A DNA stretch of 64,000 nt. It comes from Proteromonas lacertae (lineage: Eukaryota). The notes under the pieces were generated by a model. That model worked only from the letters and a program-made list of their open reading frames with translations. It did no database searches and had not been told where the DNA came from. How positions within the stretch are numbered: position 1 is the first letter of the stretch; every line of letters starts with the position of its first letter. The stretch is from assembly GCA_002245135.1 (NCBI GenBank), contig NGBS01000880.1, positions 62,001 through 126,000 of the forward strand. The letters are read 5' to 3'. Positions 50,289 to 64,000 of the stretch are shown here, piece by piece. The position numbers and the translations under genes were made by a program.

Positions 50289-50423
50289 TCTTTATTATGA
50301 TTATTTTATTATGTTTATTATAAAATTTATTATATTTTTATTATATTATGTGATTTTTATTAAATTACGCATATTTTTAAACCCTGTCCCAAATCATTTT
50401 AAGATAGAGATTCGTTTTAAAAT

Positions 50424-50903
50424 TTAGACTATGTTTATCGTAGTTTGATCATTGTTTCCTTTAACTTCTTCTTGTGCTTCTTCTTCCTCATCATCATCAC
50501 TATCATCAAATATATAATTCTTCTTTACATAATGTTTCAACATAGGATTCTTCTTCAAATGAACACTTCCCATTCCTTCAGGTAGTGTTAACCATTCAAT
50601 ATACTTATCAAACACTGCAAAATAATGTCTATTTAATCCTCTTGGTTTTACTGATGGTTTAATATCGAAAAGCATCATATAATATCTCTTATCATTGTAC
50701 TTTGTCCACATCTTTTGATGGCAAATAGCACAGAATTCATTATAAGACTTTATCTCTTCCTTAGGTAATGGACTATATAATACTGCACTTATGTTATGGT
50801 TAAAATATAAGTAAAACTTACATATTCCACATATACACTTATCTAAATAATCTTCATTATTTCTAAATGAACAAAAGAAAGCAAAGTTTACTGAAGCACA
50901 CAT
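50424..50903 (-). CDS. Cys-rich hypothetical protein
   Basis: CICGIC and CAICH motifs; acidic tail. Confidence 0.5.
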   Translation of the reverse strand: MCASVNFAFFCSFRNNEDYLDKCICGICKFYLYFNHNISAVLYSPLPKEEIKSYNEFCAICHQKMWTKYNDKRYYMMLFDIKPSVKPRGLNRHYFAVFDKYIEWLTLPEGMGSVHLKKNPMLKHYVKKNYIFDDSDDDEEEEAQEEVKGNNDQTTINIV

Positions 50904-51367
50904 ATTTATATTTTTTTGATAATAAACGGTTTTTCAAAAATACCAGGAAAATCAAAACTGTTTCTTTTTTCTGTTTATAACAACAGTTTCACGTCAGAAT
51001 TTCGATTTAGTAAAAAATATAGAATACTGTAAATAATTCTTTAAATATATATTTTTGATACTATTTAAATTCTTTTGAATGTTTTTAACTACACTATATA
51101 AATTCATTATTATGCTACTTACTTACATAGAAATACATTTCTTATTATATAAAGTAGCTACCCTGCCGGGGTAGAACAGGTAGCTACCTATCTATTTATA
51201 CACTTTATTTCTACTATCCTACGCTAAAAACTATTGAAAACATCAAAATAAAATATGACCCATAAATATATTCACACACTAAAATATATACACAATTTTA
51301 AATTCACCACTTGCTCCAGTATAACCCGTACTAAAAACTAATTTACACTCAAATCGCTTATTCTTAT

Positions 51368-51427
51368 CTGTAGAAGGCACGTAAGAATAGTCTGGTTCAG
51401 AAATCGAATTAACAGTGATATTCTTAC
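51368..51427. other. Conserved inverted-repeat element, copy 2
   Basis: Same conserved arms and spacer lengths as 37059-37119, different N7 and N17. Confidence 0.8.
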
Positions 51428-51823
51428 AGAGTTTTTAACTAACGAAGAGTTATTAGAAATAACAAATGCTGATAATCCATCGCATGAGATATCATATGGC
51501 TAGTGATGCCATTTACGGACCAAATATTACTGAGGTATTTACAACATACTTATCAGATGATATAAAACCAAAAGGTAAATTCTGCTTTTTTTATAAGCAA
51601 TGTAAATATCCATCATATACTTCTTGCCTATTATAAAAGAATTTATATTATAAATATCTAATAATTGATTGTTTGTGTTGTATCAACATAATATAAGCTC
51701 ATTGTATAATAAAAGAATAGAAATTCTTGCAATTATATATATGTAATATGAAATGGATTGGTGATAGAAATTTAACAACTGTAATTTGAAAGATGATGTA
51801 TAAAGCTTTAATTTTGTATAAGT

Positions 51824-51859
51824 AAAACCTATATTTTTTCACCGATAAATACAACACTG
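51824..51859. mobile_element. Isolated hAT-family terminus
   Basis: AAACCTATATTTTTT.ACCGA.AAATACAACACTG, as at 21345-21379. Confidence 0.6.
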
Positions 51860-51924
51860 TAAAATAAAGAATAGAAATATTGAAACTATAAAAATATATT
51901 AATCATTATTTCTATATTTATTAT

Positions 51925-52143
51925 TAGAATAGTTGATTTTTCAATTGTTCTAACTTCTTCTCTTTAATCTCTCCAATTGTTTCAAACAGTCTCTTATGTT
52001 TTATAAATTCATCTTCATTTGATTCTATCATTCTTTTATTAATTCCTTCTTTGAATGGAGTTTTACTTGTATAAATATTCTTCAACAGTGTATCATCACT
52101 TGACCATTTCGATATATAAGTTAAATTATTATTATTTCTATTA
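51925..52143 (-). pseudogene. Duplicated 3' end of the coiled-coil gene
   Basis: Near-identical to about 55745-55955; ends KLEQLKNQLF versus KLQQLRNKLF. Confidence 0.85.
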
Positions 52144-53177
52144 GAAGCAAAACCTTCTAAATTCTGGTGAGTCTAATATTGTGGTACTGACTGCATAGAA
52201 GGTTATTAATTTACATAGATCTTTGTTGACAGAATCTGAATTGACTTTGGCTTTTACCATATGTAATAATCTGAATATTTTATTTTACTTCTCTAACATA
52301 CAGCAATTGAATAAATGCACAACTCTTTTGATGCGATAGGGGGTAATGTGATATCCCTATAGTTTCATATATTATAAAGTCTTATAAATATTGAGTAATT
52401 ATACATTTAAATGATCTAAATCTTAAAATATCAAGATTTACTTAGTTAAACCATCAAGCTTGATATTTTTTTCTTTTATTTTTTTTTATTCTATAATTAA
52501 TTTAATATTATGTTGATTATTTGTTATTGTGAGTCATCATTGTGGCACAACATGTATATATATAGCATTTACAGAAATAGATAAATGCCATTTTATATGG
52601 AAAGCTTTATAAACTGAAGATGAATTAAGAAAATTTAAACTAACCTCAAGTTCAAATATTACCATCTTATTTCTGAAAGTATTAACTGATTAATCTAAAT
52701 CGGTCCATTTAGTTGGTAGAAAATATAAAATATTATATTCCCAAGTAGATCGTGATTGTTTAGAATTTTAAGATAAAAATGTATCAATTATTCCTAATAA
52801 AGGTGAAATCTATTAAGATAGTGAAATTTGAAATAATTGTGAATTAGAAAAAAGATTAGATCGATTTCCATTGTTAATAACAGGTTCAGGTGTTGATCCT
52901 AAAGCTTATTTTTATATAGTATATAAAAGGGACCCTGGCCCTTTCTAAATCTAGAGCTGACTTTTACGAGGACTTCATCGATTGCATTAGGGTCCTATGT
53001 ACCTAGAAGGGGACGGACTCCTAGAGCACTCGTTAGAACTCTGTCACATTGTACCATAGTCCCATTTACGTAAGGTGCCTTCAGGATTCCTCATACTGGG
53101 TCTGCTTCACTACGGGGTCTACTTCCTGTTGGATGATCTTCAAGGGAAGTATTTGATAAATTCCTTAAGCAAAAGCC

Positions 53178-53735
53178 ATGGTCAAGAAAGTAAGAGCGTT
53201 CTCAAGAGCAACTAAAACCAAGATCATTCCCAAGGATATCCAACGATCCCTTGTAACTTAAGTAGCTGATGTACTCAACATTCCGGCAGCTCCATACGTA
53301 CTTCTCCGAGATGCTGAACTAGCAAGGAGATCAACTAAGACTCCCAAGTCAACATCTTCACGTCCAGACAAAGCAATCATCGATCTGGCTAATAAGTATA
53401 AGGAGGTGATGAGCTTACCAAAGGAAGCTTACGAGGATACCAGAAGTATTCTACGTCAACTATTACGGGATATTGTTAGCATCGCTGAGAAGGACAACCC
53501 ATCCTTTCAATTGATCCGGGAGCATGCTGCTAAAGCCAATGTTGAGATTCCTGACTTCAAAAGGAGTTCCGAATCTGATGGTAAGTCAACTCCATCAATT
53601 CTTCATCGGGCAGTGGATTATATAAAGGGAATACTTCCAGCTGGAGAGACTGTCAAGGATATAATGAGGAGTCCACAAGTATGGCCGCAGTAGTTAACTA
53701 TCTTGGGCGAGGTAAAGGTGACTTCCAAGAGCCGT
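53178..53735 (+). pseudogene. Degraded hypothetical gene in GC-richer viral block F
   Basis: ORF 53406-53693 plus upstream broken frames; composition shared with the block F viral genes. Confidence 0.4.
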
Positions 53736-53739
53736 GACA

Positions 53740-54015
53740 TCCTGTTGTCTTACCAGAGTTCTTCTTTGCTAGGAGGAAGATGTTACAGAAGGGTTCATCG
53801 AAGTAGTCATAGTCGATAACATCCTTCCCGTGACTGGAGGTCTTGACTATCAAAGGCTTTACTTCTGCCTGGTTGATCTTCTCATACTCTATCTTTAAAT
53901 GGCCCTTAGATGATCTCGGTAACTTCTTTGGTAAGTAAGCATCATCATGTACTTCATCATCCCCATCCTCATCCTTGAACTGATCATCTCCTGATCCTTT
54001 AAGTCTTCGCATCAT
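53740..54015 (-). pseudogene. Packaging ATPase N-terminal fragment (block F)
   Basis: YDYFDEPFCNIFLLAKKNSGKTT, then truncation. Confidence 0.85.
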
Positions 54016-54101
54016 ACTGAGATGAAGATCTCCAAAGGGTTAACCATAAGCATCATAAGAACTAAGTATACAATCAAGAACTTATAGATAAGGAACTTTA
54101 C

Positions 54102-54600
54102 TTATGCTATACTACGAATGCCAGAGGTGGTAATCTCAGCTCTTCGTCCAGTGATCAAGTAGAATCGGTGATTCACAGACTTGTGTTCTAGCTCTGAGTT
54201 GTAGATCTCAAAGGTGAACTTTAAATCTCCGTTTAGTCTTCTCCCAGCAATGGTCTTAACATTACCAAGGTTGTCACTACCGAAGTTGAGTACCTCAAAG
54301 AACTTCTCGGTAAAGGGCTTCTTGTTGAGTTGATCATAGCTTCCTCCAATGTACTTCTTAAGCAACTCGTAGCTATCGTAAGTCTCCATGTTCTGATAGT
54401 TGGGATTGTAGTTGAAGTCGTTGATCATCCAACGTGAGTTGTCTTCCTTTGAACTTGCTGCATAAGCCCTCTGTATTGTTCATAAGTGTCAGTTACATAA
54501 AGCAAGTTGATTCCAGCAGCATTGTGTACTCTCAAGGAGGAGATATTGAAGGTGTTGTATAGGAGGATCTTCTCAGCCTTCTTGTTATTGTCAGAATCCT
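54102..54600 (-). pseudogene. Putative major capsid protein, C-terminal fragment (block F)
   Basis: RWMINDF..FFEVLNFG..AGRRLNGDLKFTF..HRFYLITG. Confidence 0.6.
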
Positions 54601-54624
54601 TATATCAGATGATTAGACGATACT

Positions 54625-55227
54625 CTAAGTAACTCTTGCTAGGATGAAGGTTGTCATAGCCTTTGGGTAATCTCCTAAGTAAAAGGTTCTCTTGAGTAGT
54701 ACCATTTGCTTCTCGCCCTGGATAAAGTTGAAGTTAGTTGCCTCCTTGATGGACAAGTTCCTTCCAAGGATATTGAATAGGAAGTAGATTGCAAAGTAAC
54801 CACAAGTGTCGGTGTTGACCTTCTGGTTCTTGATTCGATTGATCTTGAGTTGGTACTTATCCTCAGGATTACCTTTAAGGTGTTGTATCTGCTGGATGAA
54901 CCACGAGTAGTTCTTAGGGTTCTCTCCGAAACTATCATTCTCGGCAATTGTAGTTGTAAGGGTATTGAGAATGCATCCCCATCTATTTGTTCCTAAGACT
55001 CGAAGGTCTTGCTTAAGTTGATCCCATAAGAAGACTCCAACGAATTGTCCATTGAAGTCACTGTACTCTTCCTTGATCTGCCTCTCGATATCGAAGTTGT
55101 TTAAGGCATCATCATGGCTAGCAACTTTACCTTCAGCAAAGTACTCATACTGATCCTCATGCTCCTTATCATCATCATCATCGATGATATCCGAGAGTGG
55201 CATCTCCAACATTGAGTTGATTTTCAA
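54625..55227 (-). pseudogene. Adenain-like protease lacking the catalytic His segment
   Basis: FVGVFLWD, DSFGENP, NQKVNTDTCGYF align with 714-1211; GHWV segment is missing. Confidence 0.85.
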
Positions 55228-55736
55228 CTATCTAAATAAAGGGTCTGTATCTGCATACACTACAGGTTGTTGTTCTTGCTCTTGTCTACTAGGTAATAGA
55301 GATATAAAGATAGTTTTATGAAAAAATAAATTTGATGAAAGTGAAATAGCATATTCAAAAGTGATATATTTTCTTGCAGACCAACATTGGATAAAAATTA
55401 CTCCTAATCAAACAAGAGATGTTATTACTTTGTAGGAATTATTCCACAAATATATGCAAAGTTAGAATGGTATTAGGAGAATTATATAATATGTTCTTGG
55501 GAGAAAAGATACTTAAATCAATTGATTTAAGTATTTGTCCTTATGTAAAATACAAGATGTAATTCTTTACCATTTCCAGATATATTTATCATTAGACCAG
55601 CAACTTAAGATAACTTTTGATTGTTACAATGATAATTTGTTAAATATATGATATATTTAATTCAGACCATTTTAAATATAAATAGCTGTCAACAGGACAA
55701 AAGGAAAAAATACAAATATAAACTAAATAAATACAA

Positions 55737-58700
55737 TTAAAACAACTTATTTCTTAATTGTTGTAACTTCTTCTCTTTAGTCTCTCCAATTGTTTCAAAC
55801 AGTCTCTTATGTTTTATAAATTCATCTTCATTTGATTCTATCATTCTTTTATTAATTCCTTCTTTGAATGGAGTTTTACTTGTATAAATATTCTTCAACA
55901 GTGTATCATCACTTGACCAATTCGATATATAAGTTAAATTATTATTATTTCTATTAATTTCAGATATTTCTATACTTGATGAACTATCACTTTTATCGTC
56001 TTTATTATTTTCAATATTTTGTTTCTTACTGGATGGAGATGGAAATACTAATTCTATATATTTTTCTGATATTTTTGATGGAAATGTTGGTGGTGTTTTA
56101 TCATTATTATTTGGAGATGATAATAATTCTTTTAATCCGGAATAATTGTTGTTATTTCTTTTCTTTTTCTTAATTTTTTCATTTTTCATTTTTGTTGATG
56201 ATTTTGTAGAGGATAATGATGATGATGAATTAGAAGATGTGGAAGTAAATGATAATGAAGATGACTTTCTATGCGAAATACTTTTTGATTTATTGTTATT
56301 CTTTTTAATCACTTTTATTGATTTTTGATTTATATTGTTATTATCATCATCATTTGTTGATTTATTTAAACTATTTCTTTTTCTTTGTGGTGGTGATGAT
56401 GATAATGATGGAATTGTTTTTGTATAAATAATTCTACTTTTCATATTAATAGATTCTTCATTATTATTATTTATAAATGGAGGTGAAGGTATATAAATAA
56501 CTGTTCGATTCTCTTTAGTTAAATATTTCTGTTGATTATTACTATTATTGAAATTGACTTGAATTGATTCAGTTGAATTGGAAGGTGATTTCTTCTTCAA
56601 TGTTAATATTTCATAATTGATTTGATGTAATGACGAATTTTCTGGAAATTGTATTGTTGGATAAGATTCTATTGATGTATTGAATAGCGTATTATTGTGT
56701 GTATTAAGTGTATTATCTGTATTGAGTGTATTATCTGTATTATTATGAGTATCATCTATATATGAATATTTGTTTAATATATTTTCTATTTCATTGTGTA
56801 TTATTGATTGATGTTGTTTTTCTAATTCCAATTTATTATTATTATTATTATTCTGTATATATTTAATATAATTATTTCCTTCTTTATTGATATAATTCAA
56901 ACTCTTTTCTACTTCATAATTATTATTTATTTCATTTTCATCATCTTCTATTATTCCTAAATTATTATTATTATTATTATTATTTATCATATTTGATTGT
57001 ATTATTTCATTCTCATATTTTGGTGTAAAAGGAGGTGAAGAATTTCCAGTAAGAATTGATAATGGATATTTTATATTATTATTATTATTATTATTATTTG
57101 GTATATTGATTATTTTCTCTTGTATTTCTTCTAATGATTCATTCATTGGTGGAGGTAATGATAACGGATATTTTTTTGAAATATTCAAATCATCATTCAA
57201 GCTTTTTATGGATTTTAATTCTATTATTATTTGTTGTTGTTGTTGTTGTTGTTGTTGTTTTATATTCTCATTTTTATCATCATCATCTTCATCATCTTCT
57301 TCTTCTGGAAATATACTATTCTTATTTGGTGGTAATTCTAACAATGGAATTATATTTTCATTCTCTTTTTCTTTTTCTTCATTTTTTATTGTGTTTTTAT
57401 TTGTTGATTGAATTGTTGGAAATGGTGGAGATGATGTTGTTGGAGTGGATATTTGTGACATATTATTATGAATATTCTTTCTATTACTATTGACTGGAGT
57501 ATTTTTTTTATTCTTTAATTCATTTATTTGATTTTCATATTCATTTTTCAGCTTATTTATAATCATTTCTTTCTCATCATTTTCATCTTTTAATTTATCA
57601 TTCAATTCTTTATTCTGTTGTTTTAATTGATCATTTGTATTTAATAATGTCTTTATTTCAATATTGTAATTGTTATTTTCATCATTTTTATTATTTTTGA
57701 TTTTATTCTCTAATGCAATTTGAAGTTCTTTTATTTCATTGTTTTTATCATTTATTTCTTCATTTAATATCTTTAATTTTTGTTCATATAACTTATTCTG
57801 AGATTTTTCTAAGTCATTTAAATCTGTTAGAATATTCTTCTATTAAATAATAATTATAATATTTATCTAAATATACTTTTTCTTCAATATTTATTTCTAT
57901 TTCTGCCAATTGTCTCAACATATTATCTTTTCTGTTATTTATTTCTTTCATTTCATTATTGATATTATTCTCTTCATTTTTCAATTGTAATAAATGATCT
58001 ATCATTTTCTGTTCATTGATTTGATTTGATAATAGTTCCATTTTCTTATTTTCTAATTCTTTGATCTTTCTTTCTAATTCATTATTTTGATTTTCTAATA
58101 ATTCTATTTATTATTATAATATTATAATAATATATATACTTTTCTTTTTCAATAATTCTTCTTCATTATCTCCATCTTTCATATATTCACTTATTAGCTG
58201 TTGTAATTTCAAATTCTCTTTTTCTTTTTCATTTATTTGATTTGTCAAATTTTGTAATTTATTTTTCATTTCTAATGTATCAGATTGTAATTTGATTAAT
58301 TCACCTTTTTTATTTTCTATCTGTTTTGTTAATAAGGAATCTTTATTTGTTATTATATTCAAATTATTCAATTGTCTATCATATTTCTGGTTCAATTCAT
58401 TCATTTCTTCTTCTTTCTTCTTCTTTTCATTTTCTATATTCATTTCTAATTCTTTTTCTTTATTTCCATATTCATTGATCATTTGTTTATATTGTGTATT
58501 TAACTCATTATAATGATTTTGTAACTCCAATAATGTATCTTTCTTTGATTTTATATTACTGGAAATTATATTATCTTCACTATGTAATTGGTTTAATTCT
58601 TTTTCTATTTCATTTGATTTTGATTTTTTTTCTTCTAATTTTTGATGAATTATTTCAAATTCTTCTTTTTCTTCTTTTATTTTTTCATTCAATTCTTTTT

Positions 58701-61700
58701 CTTCATTTTCTATTCTTTCTTTTTCATTTTTATATGTTTCATATTCTTCTTTCATTATATTCAATTCTTCTTCAACTTCATTCTTATTCTCTAATATTGT
58801 ATTATAATCACCATTTATTAATTCAAATTTCGTATTTAACTGTAATATCTCATTTTCTTTTAATAACAATTTGGATTGGTTGTTTTCAATATCCAATAGA
58901 ATTTGTTCATTCTCTTTCTGATTCTTTCTTAAATTATCTTCAACTGTTATTATTTCTTTATTTTTATCTTTTAAATCTTCACTTATTTCATCATATTTAC
59001 TTAATAATTCATCATATTCATTTTTAAAATGAAATAGTTTCTGATTAGTTAATTCTAATTCTTCATTTTGTTGTTTCAATTGTTGGTTTTGCTTCATTAA
59101 TTCTAATTCTTTGTTATTCATTTCTTCAAGTGTTTTTTCTGTTTCATTTATTTCTCTTTTTAATTCTAATGCTTTTTCATTCAGATCATTTATTGATTCA
59201 TTTAATTCTTTCTTCTTTTTATCCAAATCTTTATAATCAGAATTTGTATTGATTAGTTTATCATTATATTTATTATATACATCTTTTAAATTTTCCAATT
59301 TACTTTCTAACTCATTACATTTCATTTCCATTTGATTTTGTTTATTGCATAAATTGGATATTTCATTATTTTTCACTTTTTTATTTGCCTCTAATTCATT
59401 TAGTTCATTTTCTAGATTTGATTTATTCTGTTTTAATTGGTTTATATCATTATTGATATTACTTTTATCTGATTTTAGATTTTCAATTTCTGGTTTTAAT
59501 TCTTCGATTTCTTCTTCTAATTTTTCTAATTCATTTTTATTCAATATTATATTGGAATTAATTTGATTTAACTGTGTATTATTTTGATTGATTTTACTTA
59601 ATAATATTTCACTTTCATTATTCTTATCATTCAATTCTTTATTTTTATTATTTAATTCATTTTGAGATGATGTTAATTCGGATTGGATTTTATTTAATTG
59701 TTTTGTTAAATTCTCAATTTTATTGTTATAATCATTTAATTGAGTTTCTTGATCAGATGAAAGTATTTTTATATTTGTATCTAATTTGGATTTCTTTATT
59801 TCTAATTCAGAGATTTCTTTATTATAATTCGATATTTCATTTTGGTATTTATGAATATTCTCTTGTAATGAATCTAATAACGACTGTTTTTTCAATAATT
59901 CATCTTGCATAGTTTGATTCTTGTTTGATAAATCATTAAAATCACTAATATCATTAAAATTCTGTGTTTTTTCTTCTATATTTTCTTCCAAATTCTTTAA
60001 TTCTTCTTTCTTTAATAAACATTCATTCTTTACACTTTCTAATTCACTATTTGCTTTAGGTAACAATTCTTTTAATTTTATCAATTCTTTCTTTTTCATA
60101 TTACAATTATTTTCCACTTCTTTCATATCATTCATTATATCTTTAAAGTTATTTTGTAATTGTATAAATTCATCATAATGTTGGTTTATCTCTTCATTTA
60201 ATTCATTATTTCTATTCGTTAATTCTTTTTGTTCAATTTGTAAATCTTTAATTTCATTCTTTATTGTCTCTTTTAAAGAATTAAATAATCCTCTCAAATT
60301 AGCAGTTTCATCTTTGATAAATTGTAAATCGTTTTCTGATTGGTTCTTTTTATTTTTCAAATTCTCTATTTCATCGATTAATTCTAATCTCTTTTCTTCA
60401 CATTCAGAACATTCTTCAATTGCATCTTCAAATTGTTTCTTTAAATTTTCCATTTGTCTATATTGGGATTGTAATTCTTCATATATTTTACTTTTCTGTT
60501 GTTGTAGTATCTTTATTGATCGACTTAAGGATTTTCCTTCATTTGTTAACATCACATTTGATCCTTCTAATAATTGAGATTGAATATCGCTTAATAAAGA
60601 TGGATCAAATGATTTACTTTCATTATTATTATTATTATTTTGTTTTATCAATGAATATGTATTCATTGATGGATATGTCTTTGATTCACTTTTAAATGAT
60701 TTTTTCATTGTTTTTCTATTATTAATCTTATTTTGATTATTGGTTTTATATTTCTTTCTTTCTTTTTCTATTTCCATTTGATTCTCTAATAATGTATTGA
60801 TTGTATTATTATTATTATGTTTTGGTTGTTGTTCATTTATTCTTTTATTCTCTTTATAAGGTAATTCTGATTCTTCATCTTGATATGTATTATCATATAT
60901 TTTATTATCTTCACTTTCATTATAATCATCAGTTTCTTCTTCTTCATATATTGTTGTATCATTATTTGGATCTACAAATTTCTTAGTTTTGTTCTTTTGT
61001 TGTTGTTGTTGTTGTTTAATTCTATTTATATTATCATTTGGTATTTCTTCTTCTTCTTCTTCATATGAGTTACTATTACCATATCGTCCATTATATCTTT
61101 GCGGTTGATTCATTTCACTTTCATCTTCATATATTGTTGTATCAACATTTGTACTATCATCATAATATGGTTTATTATTCATATTCTTCTGTTTTATCAT
61201 TGGTTTTCGTTGTTCATTTATTCTTTTATTCTCTTTATAAGGTAATTCTGATTCTTCATCTTGATATGTATTATCATATATTTTATTATCTCTACTTTCA
61301 TTATAATCATCATCTTCATCTGCTTCTACTGTATTATTATCATTTTGTTGATTGTTTATTTCACTTTCTTCTTCATCATCTTCATCTTCATCATCATATA
61401 TCATATCTTGATTATTATATTTTCTATTTGTCAATCGTTTATCTTCACTCTCATTTATTGTTGAATCAATACTTTCATTATAATCATTTTGTTGATGATA
61501 TTTCTTATTCATTGATGGTTTTTGTTTGATTTTTCTATTTTTATCTTCATTTACATATTTAACATTATTTTTATTATATTTTATTTGTTGTGGTTGTGGA
61601 TTTATACTACTTCCATTATTATTATTTTGATTTGGTATATCTGATTCATCTTCATATATTGTTGTATTAACATTCTCACTGTAATTATTATATAGTTGCT

Positions 61701-63979
61701 TTTCTTCTTCAAACATGTTTGAATATAATTTATTACTATCACTCTTTTTATTCATTAATATATTATTCAATTTACCTATTTGTTTTATATTATCATTATT
61801 AAATGCTTTTATATTTTCACTACTATCACTGCTATTACTGTCTTCTAAACTATTTGTTATATCTTTCACTAGTGATTCAACATCACCATCAATTCCACTA
61901 CTTATATTATTATTACTTTTACTATTTAATAATAATGAAGAATTTGATGAATTTATATTTGCATTATTATTGATAATAGGTTTTATGTTTGATGTTGGTT
62001 TGAATATTGGAGGTAAATACTTTTTCTTTATCTTTTTATTATTATTTAAATTAGATGAATTATTTGCAACACTATCAAATTCACTATTTAAATTAATAGA
62101 AACAGATTTCAAATTTGATTTATTTCTTGGTTTTATAAATTCAATTATATTATTATTTGAATTGTCATTATTATTATTATATCTATTAGATGGATTTTGT
62201 TGAGATATTCTATTGAGTTTTACTACTGGTATTTTTTGAATATTTTCTTCTTTTATTTCTTTGGATGGTTTATTATTTGGATGTGTTGTTGTTAATGATT
62301 TTGATGTATTAGGTGTATTAGATGTATTAGGTGTATTAGATGTATTAGGTGTATTAGATGTATTAGGTGTATTTTGTGTATTTGATGTATTTGATGTATT
62401 TGACAATATTGAATGTTTTTGTGAAGGTATTATTTCAGATATTGATACATTGGCAATATTATTATTATTATCATTATTATTCTGTTTTAATTTCATTATA
62501 TCTTTATCTATTGAATTATCTTCAATTAAACTATTACCTTCGGAATCTGATGATGATGATGATGGAAATATTGCAGAATCAATAATCTTTTGAATTCGTT
62601 TATTTGATTCAGGACTTGATCTAAATTGAGATATTGATTGATGTAATGATGATGATAATGAATTATTATGATTGTTATTATTGGCTTGGCTTGATTGATT
62701 ATTATTTTCATTTTCATTATCTTCTTCTTCATCTTCTTCTTCTTTATCAATATGAACTGATTTAATTGAAATATCTTTTATATTCTTCTGTTTTGATTGA
62801 CTATCATTATCATCTTCTGGAAATATTGAACTATTCAACTTTTTCATTTGATTCACTTTTAAGAATGACATTGAAGAGGATGATGAAGATGATCTTTGTT
62901 GTTGTTGTTGTTGTTGAGATGGTAATGGATTAACTTCTATTTCATTATTACTTTTATTCAATTTATTTGATTGATTATGAACTTCTTCATTTTCAGATGA
63001 TAGTAATGATGATAATAAATGTCTGTTATTACTCATTACTTTATCTTGACTAGTAGGAAATAATTTCTTTTCATTTTTATTATTCATTACAAAGGTATAA
63101 TCTGATGATGAAGTTTCTGAAAATATATTCGTTTCATTATTATTTGATTTATTTTTATATCTTTTAGATGAGGATGGTTGAGATAATAATGAATCACTGG
63201 AAGGAATTTCATTATTAATATTTGGACTAATTACAAATGATTTGATCGTTTTAATTTTTGATGTATCTTTTCTTATTGATTGTTGTTTATTTGGAGAAAT
63301 ATATTCAGTAAATATTCCTGTTGATGATAAATTGTTATTTTTATCTTCAATTAGTGGATTTATTCTATCAAATTCATCTTTTGACATAGATTCTCTTTCA
63401 TAGAGTAAATTTATATTTTGATTGGTTGGAAATTGTGATAAATACAAATTATTTTGTTTTTTATTTGGTGATGAAGATGATAATAAATCTGAATTGGGTT
63501 TAACTTCTATGAATTCAGGTTCAAAATGATCTTCTGCTTTTATACCATTAGATATTGAACTTGTTTCAGAGATGGATGATATTTGTAAGGATGGAAATTG
63601 TTGTTGTTGTTGTTGTGATGGATGTTGACTTAACTGTAGTGGTTCTTGTATTGAAATATTTTCAGAAGAAATTGTTGATGTTTGAACCGCATTATCTCTA
63701 TGTGCTATTCCTTGGCCACCAAATGGGTTTTCGATTTTATAATATTCTAATTCCTATATTATGAAGATTATTGAGTTACAGCTATACTAAATTTATTGCA
63801 TTTAATCTACTATCGATTTTAAGTAATTCATCATCTTTAGAACTATTTAATTGTTTTTCAACCTATAAAATAAAGAAATACGTTTATACTTCAAATTTCT
63901 TCTTCATTATTTCATTTTCTTGTTGAAGCTTTAGATTTTTACTTATTAGTGAGTTTTTTGTTTTTATTTTGGTTGTCAT
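55737..63979 (-). CDS. Giant (about 2700 aa) low-complexity/coiled-coil host protein, 5 exons
   Basis: ATG 63979; GT-AG introns 63863-63889, 63754-63787, 58104-58139 and 57840-57876 join all ORFs in frame; long heptad region. Confidence 0.85.
62303..62400 (-). repeat. Coding tandem repeat (NTPNTS units)
   Basis: 18-bp unit GATGTATTAGGTGTATTA. Confidence 0.85.
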
Positions 63980-64000
63980 TGTGGTAAAAAAATTAAAAAC

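Noticed and set aside
26565..53830. RIP-like or targeted G-to-A mutagenesis (e.g. Walker A G>D, GYDY>DYDY)
   Set aside because: Only a few examples, indistinguishable by eye from general AT-biased mutation
55976..62593. Many plus-strand hydrophobic ORFs
   Set aside because: Antisense shadows of the Asn/Glu/Lys-rich gene
58114..63447. Calling the coiled-coil protein SMC, myosin or a viral A-type inclusion protein
   Set aside because: No ATPase or motor motifs; only low-complexity heptads

Overview
Very AT-rich eukaryotic DNA (standard code, tiny 27-37 nt GT-AG introns; host not identifiable, though consistent with a protist). The window is a mosaic. (1) Five or six decayed fragments of endogenous Polinton/Maverick (adintovirus-like) viruses from at least three lineages. 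Together they encode a protein-primed PolB, an rve integrase, two adenain-like proteases, three A32/FtsK packaging ATPases, putative major and minor capsid proteins, and small Arg-rich proteins that combine GG protease sites with adenovirus pVI-like amphipathic helices. (2) Several pseudogenised, partly duplicated HYDIN fragments. (3) Clusters of type II membrane glycosyltransferase and FkbM methyltransferase genes or pseudogenes. (4) DNA transposons: two hAT derivatives with 8-bp TSDs, a MULE-like element, and a TGT...ACA MITE family with a 5-bp TSD. (5) One apparently intact 5-exon giant coiled-coil host gene (55737-63979). The most notable observations are the cleavable pVII/pVI-like core proteins, a three-intron gene inside a viral block, and a conserved inverted-repeat element with a fixed 17-nt variable core at the edge of two putative viral fragments. 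All family calls come from motif reading, not database searches.
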